Source: Balanoglossus misakiensis (Eukaryota; Animalia; Hemichordata). Taken from it: DNA of 64,000 nt. Each line of letters starts with the position of its first letter. The first letter of the stretch is position 1. The notes under the pieces were generated by a model. It was not told the DNA's origin. It ran no database searches and was given only the letters and a program-made list of their open reading frames with translations. This document shows, piece after piece, positions 37,301 to 52,300 of the stretch. The stretch is taken from the NCBI GenBank assembly GCA_040954595.2, contig CM082587.2, forward strand, positions 11,677,598-11,741,597. The letters run 5' to 3'. Position numbers and translations under genes: made by a program.

Positions 37301-40300
37301 TTTCAAATTAGAGTACTTTCTGCAATTTCAAGACAGATCTTACGTGCCATTGGAGAGCTCCATTGACTGGTCATTCATACTGTTTTCATTCATTCATTGC
37401 GGCATCAATATATTTTATCTATTCTAGCCAAAGAGCTTGGCACCTGTTGAAATGAACTCATCTGCTGTGGGCCAGTTTATTGGTGGCAGTTGAGCTGAGG
37501 AGAGCACCTTCCTTCCCGGCACGCCACCAAGTAAAGTTCCACGCCGCCCACCACAGATGCCAGCATTCATTCATGCGAGTGAGTGTAATTGCAAATTTGC
37601 CTATTCTAGAATCTTACGTGCCATTGGAGAGCTCCATTGACTGGTCATTCATACTGTTTTCATTCATTCATTGCGGCATCAATATATTTTATCTATTCTA
37701 GCCAAAGAGCTTGGCACCTGTTGAAATGAACTCATCTGCTGTGGGCCAGTTTATTGGTGGCAGTTGAGCTGAGGAGAGCACCTTCCTTCCCGGCACGCCA
37801 CCAAGTAAAGTTCCACGCCGCCCACCACAGATGCCAGCATTCATTCATGCGAGTGAGTGTAATTGCAAATTTGCCTATTCTAGATCTGTAATGGAAATGG
37901 AGAAAGTACCTTATATTTTCTGTAAAATAGACATTTAATTGGCAAGCCGTCCTGCATCAATTATTAATTGTGTACATGCACTAAAGCGCCCTCACTGCTG
38001 GGTGTGTTGTATGGTCTTTAACCCTGTTTCAAATTAGAGTACTTTCTGCAATTTCAAGACAGATCTTACGTGCCATTGGAGAGCTCCATTGACTGGTCAT
38101 TCATACTGTTTTCATTCATTCATTGCGGCATCAATATATTTTATCTATTCTAGCCAAAGAGCTTGGCACCTGTTGAAATGAACTCATCTGCTGTGGGCCA
38201 GTTTATTGGTGGCAGTTGAGCTGAGAAGAGCACCTTCCTTCCCGGCACGCCACCAAGTAAAGTTCCACGCCGCCCACCACAGATGCCAGCATTCATTCAT
38301 GCGAGTGAGTGTAATTGCAAATTTGCCTATTCTAGATCTGTAATGGAAATGGAGAAAGTACCTTATATTTTCTGTAAAATAGACATTTAATTGGCAAGCC
38401 GTCCTGCATCAATTATGAATTGTGTACATGCACTAAAGCGCCCTCACTGCTGGGTGTGTTGTATGGTCTTTAACCCTGTTTCAAATTAGAGTACTTTCTG
38501 CAATTTCAAGACAGATCTTACGTGCCATTGGAGAGCTCCATTGACTGGTCATTCATACTGTTTTCATTCATTCATTGCGGCATCAATATATTTTATCTAT
38601 TCTAGCCAAAGAGCTTGGCACCTGTTGAAATGAACTCATCTGCTGTGGGCCAGTTTATTGGTGGCAGTTGAGCTGAGGAGAGCACCTTCCTTCCCGGCAC
38701 GCCACCAAGTAAAGTTCCACGCCGCCCACCACAGATGCCAGCATTCATTCATGCGAGTGAGTGTAATTGCAAATTTGCCTATTCTAGATCTGTAATGGAA
38801 ATGGAGAAAGTACCTTATATTTTCTGTAAAATAGACATTTAATTGGCAAGCCGTCCTGCATCAATTATGAATTGTGTACATGCACTAAAGCGCCCTCACT
38901 GCTGGGTGTGTTGTATGGTCTTTAACCCTGTTTCAAATTAGAGTACTTTCTGCAATTTCAAGACAGATCTTACGTGCCATTGGAGAGCTCCATTGACTGG
39001 TCATTCATACTGTTTTCATTCATTCATTGCGGCATCAATATATTTTATCTATTCTAGCCAAAGAGCTTGGCACCTGTTGAAATGAACTCATCTGCTGTGG
39101 GCCAGTTTATTGGTGGCAGTTGAGCTGAGGAGAGCACCTTCCTTCCCGGCACGCCACCAAGTAAAGTTCCACGCCGCCCACCACAGATGCCAGCATTCAT
39201 TCATGCGAGTGAGTGTAATTGCAAATTTGCCTATTCTAGATCTGTAATGGAAATGGAGAAAGTACCTTATATTTTCTGTAAAATAGACATTTAATTGGCA
39301 AGCCGTCCTGCATCAATTATGAATTGTGTACATGCACTAAAGCGCCCTCACTGCTGGGTGTGTTGTATGGTCTTTAACCCTGTTTCAAATTAGAGTACTT
39401 TCTGCAATTTCAAGACAGATCTTACGTGCCATTGGAGAGCTCCATTGACTGGTCATTCATACTGTTTTCATTCATTCATTGCGGCATCAATATATTTTAT
39501 CTATTCTAGCCAAAGAGCTTGGCACCTGTTGAAATGAACTCATCTGCTGTGGGCCAGTTTATTGGTGGCAGTTGAGCTGAGGAGAGCACCTTCCTTCCCG
39601 GCACGCCACCAAGTAAAGTTCCACGCCGCCCACCACAGATGCCAGCATTCATTCATGCGAGTGAGTGTAATTGCAAATTTGCCTATTCTAGATCTGTAAT
39701 GGAAATGGAGAAAGTACCTTATATTTTCTGTAAAATAGACATTTAATTGGCAAGCCGTCCTGCATCAATTATGAATTGTGTACATGCACTAAAGCGCCCT
39801 CACTGCTGGGTGTGTTGTATGGTCTTTAACCCTGTTTCAAATTAGAGTACTTTCTGCAATTTCAAGACAGATCTTACGTGCCATTGGAGAGCTCCATTGA
39901 CTGGTCATTCATACTGTTTTCATTCATTCATTGCGGCATCAATATATTTTATCTATTCTAGCCAAAGAGCTTGGCACCTGTTGAAATGAACTCATCTGCT
40001 GTGGGCCAGTTTATTGGTGGCAGTTGAGCTGAGAAGAGCACCTTCCTTCCCGGCACGCCACCAAGTAAAGTTCCACGCCGCCCACCACAGATGCCAGCAT
40101 TCATTCATGCGAGTGAGTGTAATTGCAAATTTGCCTATTCTAGAATCTTACGTGCCATTGGAGAGCTCCATTGACTGGTCATTCATACTGTTTTCATTCA
40201 TTCATTGCGGCATCAATATATTTTATCTATTCTAGCCAAAGAGCTTGGCACCTGTTGAAATGAACTCATCTGCTGTGGGCCAGTTTATTGGTGGCAGTTG

Positions 40301-43300
40301 AGCTGAGGAGAGCACCTTCCTTCCCGGGACGCCACCAAGTAAAGTTCCACGCCGCCCACCACAGATGCCAGCATTCATTCATGCGAGTGAGTGTAATTGC
40401 AAATTTGCCTATTCTAGATTCTTACGTGCCATTGGAGAGCTCCATTGACTGGTCATTCATACTGTTTTCATTCATTCATTGCGGCATCAATATATTTTAT
40501 CTATTCTAGCCAAAGAGCTTGGCACCTGTTGAAATGAACTCATCTGCTGTGGGCCAGTTTATTGGTGGCAGTTGAGCTGAGGAGAGCACCTTCCTTCCCG
40601 GCACGCCACCAAGTAAAGTTCCACGCCGCCCACCACAGATGCCAGCATTCATTCATGCGAGTGAGTGTAATTGCAAATTTGCCTATTCTAGATCTGTAAT
40701 GGAAATGGAGAAAGTACCTTATATTTTCTGTAAAATAGACATTTAATTGGCAAGCCGTCCTGCATCAATTATTAATTGTGTACATGCACTAAAGCGCCCT
40801 CACTGCTGGGTGTGTTGTATGGTCTTTAACCCTGTTTCAAATTAGAGTACTTTCTGCAATTTCAAGACAGATCTTACGTGCCATTGGAGAGCTCCATTGA
40901 CTGGTCATTCATACTGTTTTCATTCATTCATTGCGGCATCAATATATTTTATCTATTCTAGCCAAAGAGCTTGGCACCTGTTGAAATGAACTCATCTGCT
41001 GTGGGCCAGTTTATTGGTGGCAGTTGAGCTGAGGAGAGCACCTTCCTTCCCGGCACGCCACCAAGTAAAGTTCCACGCCGCCCACCACAGATGCCAGCAT
41101 TCATTCATGCGAGTGAGTGTAATTGCAAATTTGCCTATTCTAGAATTACGTGCCATTGGAGAGCTCCATTGACTGGTCATTCATACTGTTTTCATTCATT
41201 CATTGCGGCATCAATATATTTTATCTATTCTAGCCAAAGAGCTTGGCACCTGTTGAAATGAACTCATCTGCTGTGGGCCAGTTTATTGGTGGCAGTTGAG
41301 CTGAGGAGAGCACCTTCCTTCCCGGCACGCCACCAAGTAAAGTTCCACGCCGCCCACCACAGATGCCAGCATTCATTCATGCGAGTGAGTGTAATTGCAA
41401 ATTTGCCTATTCTAGATCTGTAATGGAAATGGAGAAAGTACCTTATATTTTCTGTAAAATAGACATTTAATTGGCAAGCCGTCCTGCATCAATTATGAAT
41501 TGTGTACATGCACTAAAGCGCCCTCACTGCTGGGTGTGTTGTATGGTCTTTAACCCTGTTTCAAATTAGAGTACTTTCTGCAATTTCAAGACAGATCTTA
41601 CGTGCCATTGGAGAGCTCCATTGACTGGTCATTCATACTGTTTTCATTCATTCATTGCGGCATCAATATATTTTATCTATTCTAGCCAAAGAGCTTGGCA
41701 CCTGTTGAAATGAACTCATCTGCTGTGGGCCAGTTTATTGGTGGCAGTTGAGCTGAGGAGAGCACCTTCCTTCCCGGCACGCCACCAAGTAAAGTTCCAC
41801 GCCGCCCACCACAGATGCCAGCATTCATTCATGCGAGTGAGTGTAATTGCAAATTTGCCTATTCTAGATCTGTAATGGAAATGGAGAAAGTACCTTATAT
41901 TTTCTGTAAAATAGACATTTAATTGGCAAGCCGTCCTGCATCAATTATGAATTGTGTACATGCACTAAAGCGCCCTCACTGCTGGGTGTGTTGTATGGTC
42001 TTTAACCCTGTTTCAAATTAGAGTACTTTCTGCAATTTCAAGACAGATCTTACGTGCCATTGGAGAGCTCCATTGACTGGTCATTCATACTGTTTTCATT
42101 CATTCATTTCGGCATCAATATATTTTATCTATTCTAGCCAAAGAGCTTGGCACCTGTTGAAATGAACTCATCTGCTGTGGGCCAGTTTATTGGTGGCAGT
42201 TGAGCTGAGAAGAGCACCTTCCTTCCCGGCACGCCACCAAGTAAAGTTCCACGCCGCCCACCACAGATGCCAGCATTCATTCATGCGAGTGAGTGTAATT
42301 GCAAATTTGCCTATTCTAGAATCTTACGTGCCATTGGAGAGCTCCATTGACTGGTCATTCATACTGTTTTCATTCATTCATTGCGGCATCAATATATTTT
42401 ATCTATTCTAGCCAAAGAGCTTGGCACCTGTTGAAATGAACTCATCTGCTGTGGGCCAGTTTATTGGTGGCAGTTGAGCTGAGGAGAGCACCTTCCTTCC
42501 CGGGACGCCACCAAGTAAAGTTCCACGCCGCCCACCACAGATGCCAGCATTCATTCATGCGAGTGAGTGTAATTGCAAATTTGCCTATTCTAGATTCTTA
42601 CGTGCCATTGGAGAGCTCCATTGACTGGTCATTCATACTGTTTTCATTCATTCATTGCGGCATCAATATATTTTATCTATTCTAGCCAAAGAGCTTGGCA
42701 CCTGTTGAAATGAACTCATCTGCTGTGGGCCAGTTTATTGGTGGCAGTTGAGCTGAGGAGAGCACCTTCCTTCCCGGCACGCCACCAAGTAAAGTTCCAC
42801 GCCGCCCACCACAGATGCCAGCATTCATTCATGCGAGTGAGTGTAATTGCAAATTTGCCTATTCTAGATCTGTAATGGAAATGGAGAAAGTACCTTATAT
42901 TTTCTGTAAAATAGACATTTAATTGGCAAGCCGTCCTGCATCAATTATTAATTGTGTACATGCACTAAAGCGCCCTCACTGCTGGGTGTGTTGTATGGTC
43001 TTTAACCCTGTTTCAAATTAGAGTACTTTCTGCAATTTCAAGACAGATCTTACGTGCCATTGGAGAGCTCCATTGACTGGTCATTCATACTGTTTTCATT
43101 CATTCATTGCGGCATCAATATATTTTATCTATTCTAGCCAAAGAGCTTGGCACCTGTTGAAATGAACTCATCTGCTGTGGGCCAGTTTATTGGTGGCAGT
43201 TGAGCTGAGGAGAGCACCTTCCTTCCCGGCACGCCACCAAGTAAAGTTCCACGCCGCCCACCACAGATGCCAGCATTCATTCATGCGAGTGAGTGTAATT

Positions 43301-46300
43301 GCAAATTTGCCTATTCTAGAATTACGTGCCATTGGAGAGCTCCATTGACTGGTCATTCATACTGTTTTCATTCATTCATTGCGGCATCAATATATTTTAT
43401 CTATTCTAGCCAAAGAGCTTGGCACCTGTTGAAATGAACTCATCTGCTGTGGGCCAGTTTATTGGTGGCAGTTGAGCTGAGGAGAGCACCTTCCTTCCCG
43501 GCACGCCACCAAGTAAAGTTCCACGCCGCCCACCACAGATGCCAGCATTCATTCATGCGAGTGAGTGTAATTGCAAATTTGCCTATTCTAGATCTGTAAT
43601 GGAAATGGAGAAAGTACCTTATATTTTCTGTAAAATAGACATTTAATTGGCAAGCCGTCCTGCATCAATTATGAATTGTGTACATGCACTAAAGCGCCCT
43701 CACTGCTGGGTGTGTTGTATGGTCTTTAACCCTGTTTCAAATTAGAGTACTTTCTGCAATTTCAAGACAGATCTTACGTGCCATTGGAGAGCTCCATTGA
43801 CTGGTCATTCATACTGTTTTCATTCATTCATTGCGGCATCAATATATTTTATCTATTCTAGCCAAAGAGCTTGGCACCTGTTGAAATGAACTCATCTGCT
43901 GTGGGCCAGTTTATTGGTGGCAGTTGAGCTGAGGAGAGCACCTTCCTTCCCGGCACGCCACCAAGTAAAGTTCCACGCCGCCCACCACAGATGCCAGCAT
44001 TCATTCATGCGAGTGAGTGTAATTGCAAATTTGCCTATTCTAGATCTGTAATGGAAATGGAGAAAGTACCTTATATTTTCTGTAAAATAGACATTTAATT
44101 GGCAAGCCGTCCTGCATCAATTATTAATTGTGTACATGCACTAAAGCGCCCTCACTGCTGGGTGTGTTGTATGGTCTTTAACCCTGTTTCAAATTAGAGT
44201 ACTTTCTGCAATTTCAAGACAGATCTTACGTGCCATTGGAGAGCTCCATTGACTGGTCATTCATACTGTTTTCATTCATTCATTGCGGCATCAATATATT
44301 TTATCTATTCTAGCCAAAGAGCTTGGCACCTGTTGAAATGAACTCATCTGCTGTGGGCCAGTTTATTGGTGGCAGTTGAGCTGAGAAGAGCACCTTCCTT
44401 CCCGGCACGCCACCAAGTAAAGTTCCACGCCGCCCACCACAGATGCCAGCATTCATTCATGCGAGTGAGTGTAATTGCAAATTTGCCTATTCTAGATCTG
44501 TAATGGAAATGGAGAAAGTACCTTATATTTTCTGTAAAATAGACATTTAATTGGCAAGCCGTCCTGCATCAATTATGAATTGTGTACATGCACTAAAGCG
44601 CCCTCACTGCTGGGTGTGTTGTATGGTCTTTAACCCTGTTTCAAATTAGAGTACTTTCTGCAATTTCAAGACAGATCTTACGTGCCATTGGAGAGCTCCA
44701 TTGACTGGTCATTCATACTGTTTTCATTCATTCATTGCGGCATCAATATATTTTATCTATTCTAGCCAAAGAGCTTGGCACCTGTTGAAATGAACTCATC
44801 TGCTGTGGGCCAGTTTATTGGTGGCAGTTGAGCTGAGGAGAGCACCTTCCTTCCCGGCACGCCACCAAGTAAAGTTCCACGCCGCCCACCACAGATGCCA
44901 GCATTCATTCATGCGAGTGAGTGTAATTGCAAATTTGCCTATTCTAGATCTGTAATGGAAATGGAGAAAGTACCTTATATTTTCTGTAAAATAGACATTT
45001 AATTGGCAAGCCGTCCTGCATCAATTATGAATTGTGTACATGCACTAAAGCGCCCTCACTGCTGGGTGTGTTGTATGGTCTTTAACCCTGTTTCAAATTA
45101 GAGTACTTTCTGCAATTTCAAGACAGATCTTACGTGCCATTGGAGAGCTCCATTGACTGGTCATTCATACTGTTTTCATTCATTCATTGCGGCATCAATA
45201 TATTTTATCTATTCTAGCCAAAGAGCTTGGCACCTGTTGAAATGAACTCATCTGCTGTGGGCCAGTTTATTGGTGGCAGTTGAGCTGAGGAGAGCACCTT
45301 CCTTCCCGGCACGCCACCAAGTAAAGTTCCACGCCGCCCACCACAGATGCCAGCATTCATTCATGCGAGTGAGTGTAATTGCAAATTTGCCTATTCTAGA
45401 TCTGTAATGGAAATGGAGAAAGTACCTTATATTTTCTGTAAAATAGACATTTAATTGGCAAGCCGTCCTGCATCAATTATGAATTGTGTACATGCACTAA
45501 AGCGCCCTCACTGCTGGGTGTGTTGTATGGTCTTTAACCCTGTTTCAAATTAGAGTACTTTCTGCAATTTCAAGACAGATCTTACGTGCCATTGGAGAGC
45601 TCCATTGACTGGTCATTCATACTGTTTTCATTCATTCATTGCGGCATCAATATATTTTATCTATTCTAGCCAAAGAGCTTGGCACCTGTTGAAATGAACT
45701 CATCTGCTCTGGGCCAGTTTATTGGTGGCAGTTGAGCTGAGGAGAGCACCTTCCTTCCCGGCACGCCACCAAGTAAAGTTCCACGCCGCCCACCACAGAT
45801 GCCAGCATTCATTCATGCGAGTGAGTGTAATTGCAAATTTGCCTATTCTAGATCTGTAATGGAAATGGAGAAAGTACCTTATATTTTCTGTAAAATAGAC
45901 ATTTAATTGGCAAGCCGTCCTGCATCAATTATGAATTGTGTACATGCACTAAAGCGCCCTCACTGCTGGGTGTGTTGTATGGTCTTTAACCCTGTTTCAA
46001 ATTAGAGTACTTTCTGCAATTTCAAGACAGATCTTACGTGCCATTGGAGAGCTCCATTGACTGGTCATTCATACTGTTTTCATTCATTCATTGCGGCATC
46101 AATATATTTTATCTATTCTAGCCAAAGAGCTTGGCACCTGTTGAAATGAACTCATCTGCTGTGGGCCAGTTTATTGGTGGCAGTTGAGCTGAGAAGAGCA
46201 CCTTCCTTCCCGGCACGCCACCAAGTAAAGTTCCACGCCGCCCACCACAGATGCCAGCATTCATTCATGCGAGTGAGTGTAATTGCAAATTTGCCTATTC

Positions 46301-49300
46301 TAGAATCTTACGTGCCATTGGAGAGCTCCATTGACTGGTCATTCATACTGTTTTCATTCATTCATTGCGGCATCAATATATTTTATCTATTCTAGCCAAA
46401 GAGCTTGGCACCTGTTGAAATGAACTCATCTGCTGTGGGCCAGTTTATTGGTGGCAGTTGAGCTGAGGAGAGCACCTTCCTTCCCGGGACGCCACCAAGT
46501 AAAGTTCCACGCCGCCCACCACAGATGCCAGCATTCATTCATGCGAGTGAGTGTAATTGCAAATTTGCCTATTCTAGATTCTTACGTGCCATTGGAGAGC
46601 TCCATTGACTGGTCATTCATACTGTTTTCATTCATTCATTGCGGCATCAATATATTTTATCTATTCTAGCCAAAGAGCTTGGCACCTGTTGAAATGAACT
46701 CATCTGCTGTGGGCCAGTTTATTGGTGGCAGTTGAGCTGAGGAGAGCACCTTCCTTCCCGGCACGCCACCAAGTAAAGTTCCACGCCGCCCACCACAGAT
46801 GCCAGCATTCATTCATGCGAGTGAGTGTAATTGCAAATTTGCCTATTCTAGATCTGTAATGGAAATGGAGAAAGTACCTTATATTTTCTGTAAAATAGAC
46901 ATTTAATTGGCAAGCCGTCCTGCATCAATTATTAATTGTGTACATGCACTAAAGCGCCCTCACTGCTGGGTGTGTTGTATGGTCTTTAACCCTGTTTCAA
47001 ATTAGAGTACTTTCTGCAATTTCAAGACAGATCTTACGTGCCATTGGAGAGCTCCATTGACTGGTCATTCATACTGTTTTCATTCATTCATTGCGGCATC
47101 AATATATTTTATCTATTCTAGCCAAAGAGCTTGGCACCTGTTGAAATGAACTCATCTGCTGTGGGCCAGTTTATTGGTGGCAGTTGAGCTGAGGAGAGCA
47201 CCTTCCTTCCCGGCACGCCACCAAGTAAAGTTCCACGCCGCCCACCACAGATGCCAGCATTCATTCATGCGAGTGAGTGTAATTGCAAATTTGCCTATTC
47301 TAGAATTACGTGCCATTGGAGAGCTCCATTGACTGGTCATTCATACTGTTTTCATTCATTCATTGCGGCATCAATATATTTTATCTATTCTAGCCAAAGA
47401 GCTTGGCACCTGTTGAAATGAACTCATCTGCTGTGGGCCAGTTTATTGGTGGCAGTTGAGCTGAGGAGAGCACCTTCCTTCCCGGCACGCCACCAAGTAA
47501 AGTTCCACGCCGCCCACCACAGATGCCAGCATTCATTCATGCGAGTGAGTGTAATTGCAAATTTGCCTATTCTAGATCTGTAATGGAAATGGAGAAAGTA
47601 CCTTATATTTTCTGTAAAATAGACATTTAATTGGCAAGCCGTCCTGCATCAATTATGAATTGTGTACATGCACTAAAGCGCCCTCACTGCTGGGTGTGTT
47701 GTATGGTCTTTAACCCTGTTTCAAATTAGAGTACTTTCTGCAATTTCAAGACAGATCTTACGTGCCATTGGAGAGCTCCATTGACTGGTCATTCATACTG
47801 TTTTCATTCATTCATTGCGGCATCAATATATTTTATCTATTCTAGCCAAAGAGCTTGGCACCTGTTGAAATGAACTCATCTGCTGTGGGCCAGTTTATTG
47901 GTGGCAGTTGAGCTGAGGAGAGCACCTTCCTTCCCGGCACGCCACCAAGTAAAGTTCCACGCCGCCCACCACAGATGCCAGCATTCATTCATGCGAGTGA
48001 GTGTAATTGCAAATTTGCCTATTCTAGATCTGTAATGGAAATGGAGAAAGTACCTTATATTTTCTGTAAAATAGACATTTAATTGGCAAGCCGTCCTGCA
48101 TCAATTATGAATTGTGTACATGCACTAAAGCGCCCTCACTGCTGGGTGTGTTGTATGGTCTTTAACCCTGTTTCAAATTAGAGTACTTTCTGCAATTTCA
48201 AGACAGATCTTACGTGCCATTGGAGAGCTCCATTGACTGGTCATTCATACTGTTTTCATTCATTCATTTCGGCATCAATATATTTTATCTATTCTAGCCA
48301 AAGAGCTTGGCACCTGTTGAAATGAACTCATCTGCTGTGGGCCAGTTTATTGGTGGCAGTTGAGCTGAGAAGAGCACCTTCCTTCCCGGCACGCCACCAA
48401 GTAAAGTTCCACGCCGCCCACCACAGATGCCAGCATTCATTCATGCGAGTGAGTGTAATTGCAAATTTGCCTATTCTAGAATCTTACGTGCCATTGGAGA
48501 GCTCCATTGACTGGTCATTCATACTGTTTTCATTCATTCATTGCGGCATCAATATATTTTATCTATTCTAGCCAAAGAGCTTGGCACCTGTTGAAATGAA
48601 CTCATCTGCTGTGGGCCAGTTTATTGGTGGCAGTTGAGCTGAGGAGAGCACCTTCCTTCCCGGGACGCCACCAAGTAAAGTTCCACGCCGCCCACCACAG
48701 ATGCCAGCATTCATTCATGCGAGTGAGTGTAATTGCAAATTTGCCTATTCTAGATTCTTACGTGCCATTGGAGAGCTCCATTGACTGGTCATTCATACTG
48801 TTTTCATTCATTCATTGCGGCATCAATATATTTTATCTATTCTAGCCAAAGAGCTTGGCACCTGTTGAAATGAACTCATCTGCTGTGGGCCAGTTTATTG
48901 GTGGCAGTTGAGCTGAGGAGAGCACCTTCCTTCCCGGCACGCCACCAAGTAAAGTTCCACGCCGCCCACCACAGATGCCAGCATTCATTCATGCGAGTGA
49001 GTGTAATTGCAAATTTGCCTATTCTAGATCTGTAATGGAAATGGAGAAAGTACCTTATATTTTCTGTAAAATAGACATTTAATTGGCAAGCCGTCCTGCA
49101 TCAATTATTAATTGTGTACATGCACTAAAGCGCCCTCACTGCTGGGTGTGTTGTATGGTCTTTAACCCTGTTTCAAATTAGAGTACTTTCTGCAATTTCA
49201 AGACAGATCTTACGTGCCATTGGAGAGCTCCATTGACTGGTCATTCATACTGTTTTCATTCATTCATTGCGGCATCAATATATTTTATCTATTCTAGCCA

Positions 49301-52300
49301 AAGAGCTTGGCACCTGTTGAAATGAACTCATCTGCTGTGGGCCAGTTTATTGGTGGCAGTTGAGCTGAGGAGAGCACCTTCCTTCCCGGCACGCCACCAA
49401 GTAAAGTTCCACGCCGCCCACCACAGATGCCAGCATTCATTCATGCGAGTGAGTGTAATTGCAAATTTGCCTATTCTAGAATTACGTGCCATTGGAGAGC
49501 TCCATTGACTGGTCATTCATACTGTTTTCATTCATTCATTGCGGCATCAATATATTTTATCTATTCTAGCCAAAGAGCTTGGCACCTGTTGAAATGAACT
49601 CATCTGCTGTGGGCCAGTTTATTGGTGGCAGTTGAGCTGAGGAGAGCACCTTCCTTCCCGGCACGCCACCAAGTAAAGTTCCACGCCGCCCACCACAGAT
49701 GCCAGCATTCATTCATGCGAGTGAGTGTAATTGCAAATTTGCCTATTCTAGATCTGTAATGGAAATGGAGAAAGTACCTTATATTTTCTGTAAAATAGAC
49801 ATTTAATTGGCAAGCCGTCCTGCATCAATTATGAATTGTGTACATGCACTAAAGCGCCCTCACTGCTGGGTGTGTTGTATGGTCTTTAACCCTGTTTCAA
49901 ATTAGAGTACTTTCTGCAATTTCAAGACAGATCTTACGTGCCATTGGAGAGCTCCATTGACTGGTCATTCATACTGTTTTCATTCATTCATTGCGGCATC
50001 AATATATTTTATCTATTCTAGCCAAAGAGCTTGGCACCTGTTGAAATGAACTCATCTGCTGTGGGCCAGTTTATTGGTGGCAGTTGAGCTGAGGAGAGCA
50101 CCTTCCTTCCCGGCACGCCACCAAGTAAAGTTCCACGCCGCCCACCACAGATGCCAGCATTCATTCATGCGAGTGAGTGTAATTGCAAATTTGCCTATTC
50201 TAGATCTGTAATGGAAATGGAGAAAGTACCTTATATTTTCTGTAAAATAGACATTTAATTGGCAAGCCGTCCTGCATCAATTATTAATTGTGTACATGCA
50301 CTAAAGCGCCCTCACTGCTGGGTGTGTTGTATGGTCTTTAACCCTGTTTCAAATTAGAGTACTTTCTGCAATTTCAAGACAGATCTTACGTGCCATTGGA
50401 GAGCTCCATTGACTGGTCATTCATACTGTTTTCATTCATTCATTGCGGCATCAATATATTTTATCTATTCTAGCCAAAGAGCTTGGCACCTGTTGAAATG
50501 AACTCATCTGCTGTGGGCCAGTTTATTGGTGGCAGTTGAGCTGAGAAGAGCACCTTCCTTCCCGGCACGCCACCAAGTAAAGTTCCACGCCGCCCACCAC
50601 AGATGCCAGCATTCATTCATGCGAGTGAGTGTAATTGCAAATTTGCCTATTCTAGATCTGTAATGGAAATGGAGAAAGTACCTTATATTTTCTGTAAAAT
50701 AGACATTTAATTGGCAAGCCGTCCTGCATCAATTATGAATTGTGTACATGCACTAAAGCGCCCTCACTGCTGGGTGTGTTGTATGGTCTTTAACCCTGTT
50801 TCAAATTAGAGTACTTTCTGCAATTTCAAGACAGATCTTACGTGCCATTGGAGAGCTCCATTGACTGGTCATTCATACTGTTTTCATTCATTCATTGCGG
50901 CATCAATATATTTTATCTATTCTAGCCAAAGAGCTTGGCACCTGTTGAAATGAACTCATCTGCTGTGGGCCAGTTTATTGGTGGCAGTTGAGCTGAGGAG
51001 AGCACCTTCCTTCCCGGCACGCCACCAAGTAAAGTTCCACGCCGCCCACCACAGATGCCAGCATTCATTCATGCGAGTGAGTGTAATTGCAAATTTGCCT
51101 ATTCTAGATCTGTAATGGAAATGGAGAAAGTACCTTATATTTTCTGTAAAATAGACATTTAATTGGCAAGCCGTCCTGCATCAATTATGAATTGTGTACA
51201 TGCACTAAAGCGCCCTCACTGCTGGGTGTGTTGTATGGTCTTTAACCCTGTTTCAAATTAGAGTACTTTCTGCAATTTCAAGACAGATCTTACGTGCCAT
51301 TGGAGAGCTCCATTGACTGGTCATTCATACTGTTTTCATTCATTCATTGCGGCATCAATATATTTTATCTATTCTAGCCAAAGAGCTTGGCACCTGTTGA
51401 AATGAACTCATCTGCTGTGGGCCAGTTTATTGGTGGCAGTTGAGCTGAGGAGAGCACCTTCCTTCCCGGCACGCCACCAAGTAAAGTTCCACGCCGCCCA
51501 CCACAGATGCCAGCATTCATTCATGCGAGTGAGTGTAATTGCAAATTTGCCTATTCTAGATCTGTAATGGAAATGGAGAAAGTACCTTATATTTTCTGTA
51601 AAATAGACATTTAATTGGCAAGCCGTCCTGCATCAATTATGAATTGTGTACATGCACTAAAGCGCCCTCACTGCTGGGTGTGTTGTATGGTCTTTAACCC
51701 TGTTTCAAATTAGAGTACTTTCTGCAATTTCAAGACAGATCTTACGTGCCATTGGAGAGCTCCATTGACTGGTCATTCATACTGTTTTCATTCATTCATT
51801 GCGGCATCAATATATTTTATCTATTCTAGCCAAAGAGCTTGGCACCTGTTGAAATGAACTCATCTGCTGTGGGCCAGTTTATTGGTGGCAGTTGAGCTGA
51901 GGAGAGCACCTTCCTTCCCGGCACGCCACCAAGTAAAGTTCCACGCCGCCCACCACAGATGCCAGCATTCATTCATGCGAGTGAGTGTAATTGCAAATTT
52001 GCCTATTCTAGATCTGTAATGGAAATGGAGAAAGTACCTTATATTTTCTGTAAAATAGACATTTAATTGGCAAGCCGTCCTGCATCAATTATGAATTGTG
52101 TACATGCACTAAAGCGCCCTCACTGCTGGGTGTGTTGTATGGTCTTTAACCCTGTTTCAAATTAGAGTACTTTCTGCAATTTCAAGACAGATCTTACGTG
52201 CCATTGGAGAGCTCCATTGACTGGTCATTCATACTGTTTTCATTCATTCATTGCGGCATCAATATATTTTATCTATTCTAGCCAAAGAGCTTGGCACCTG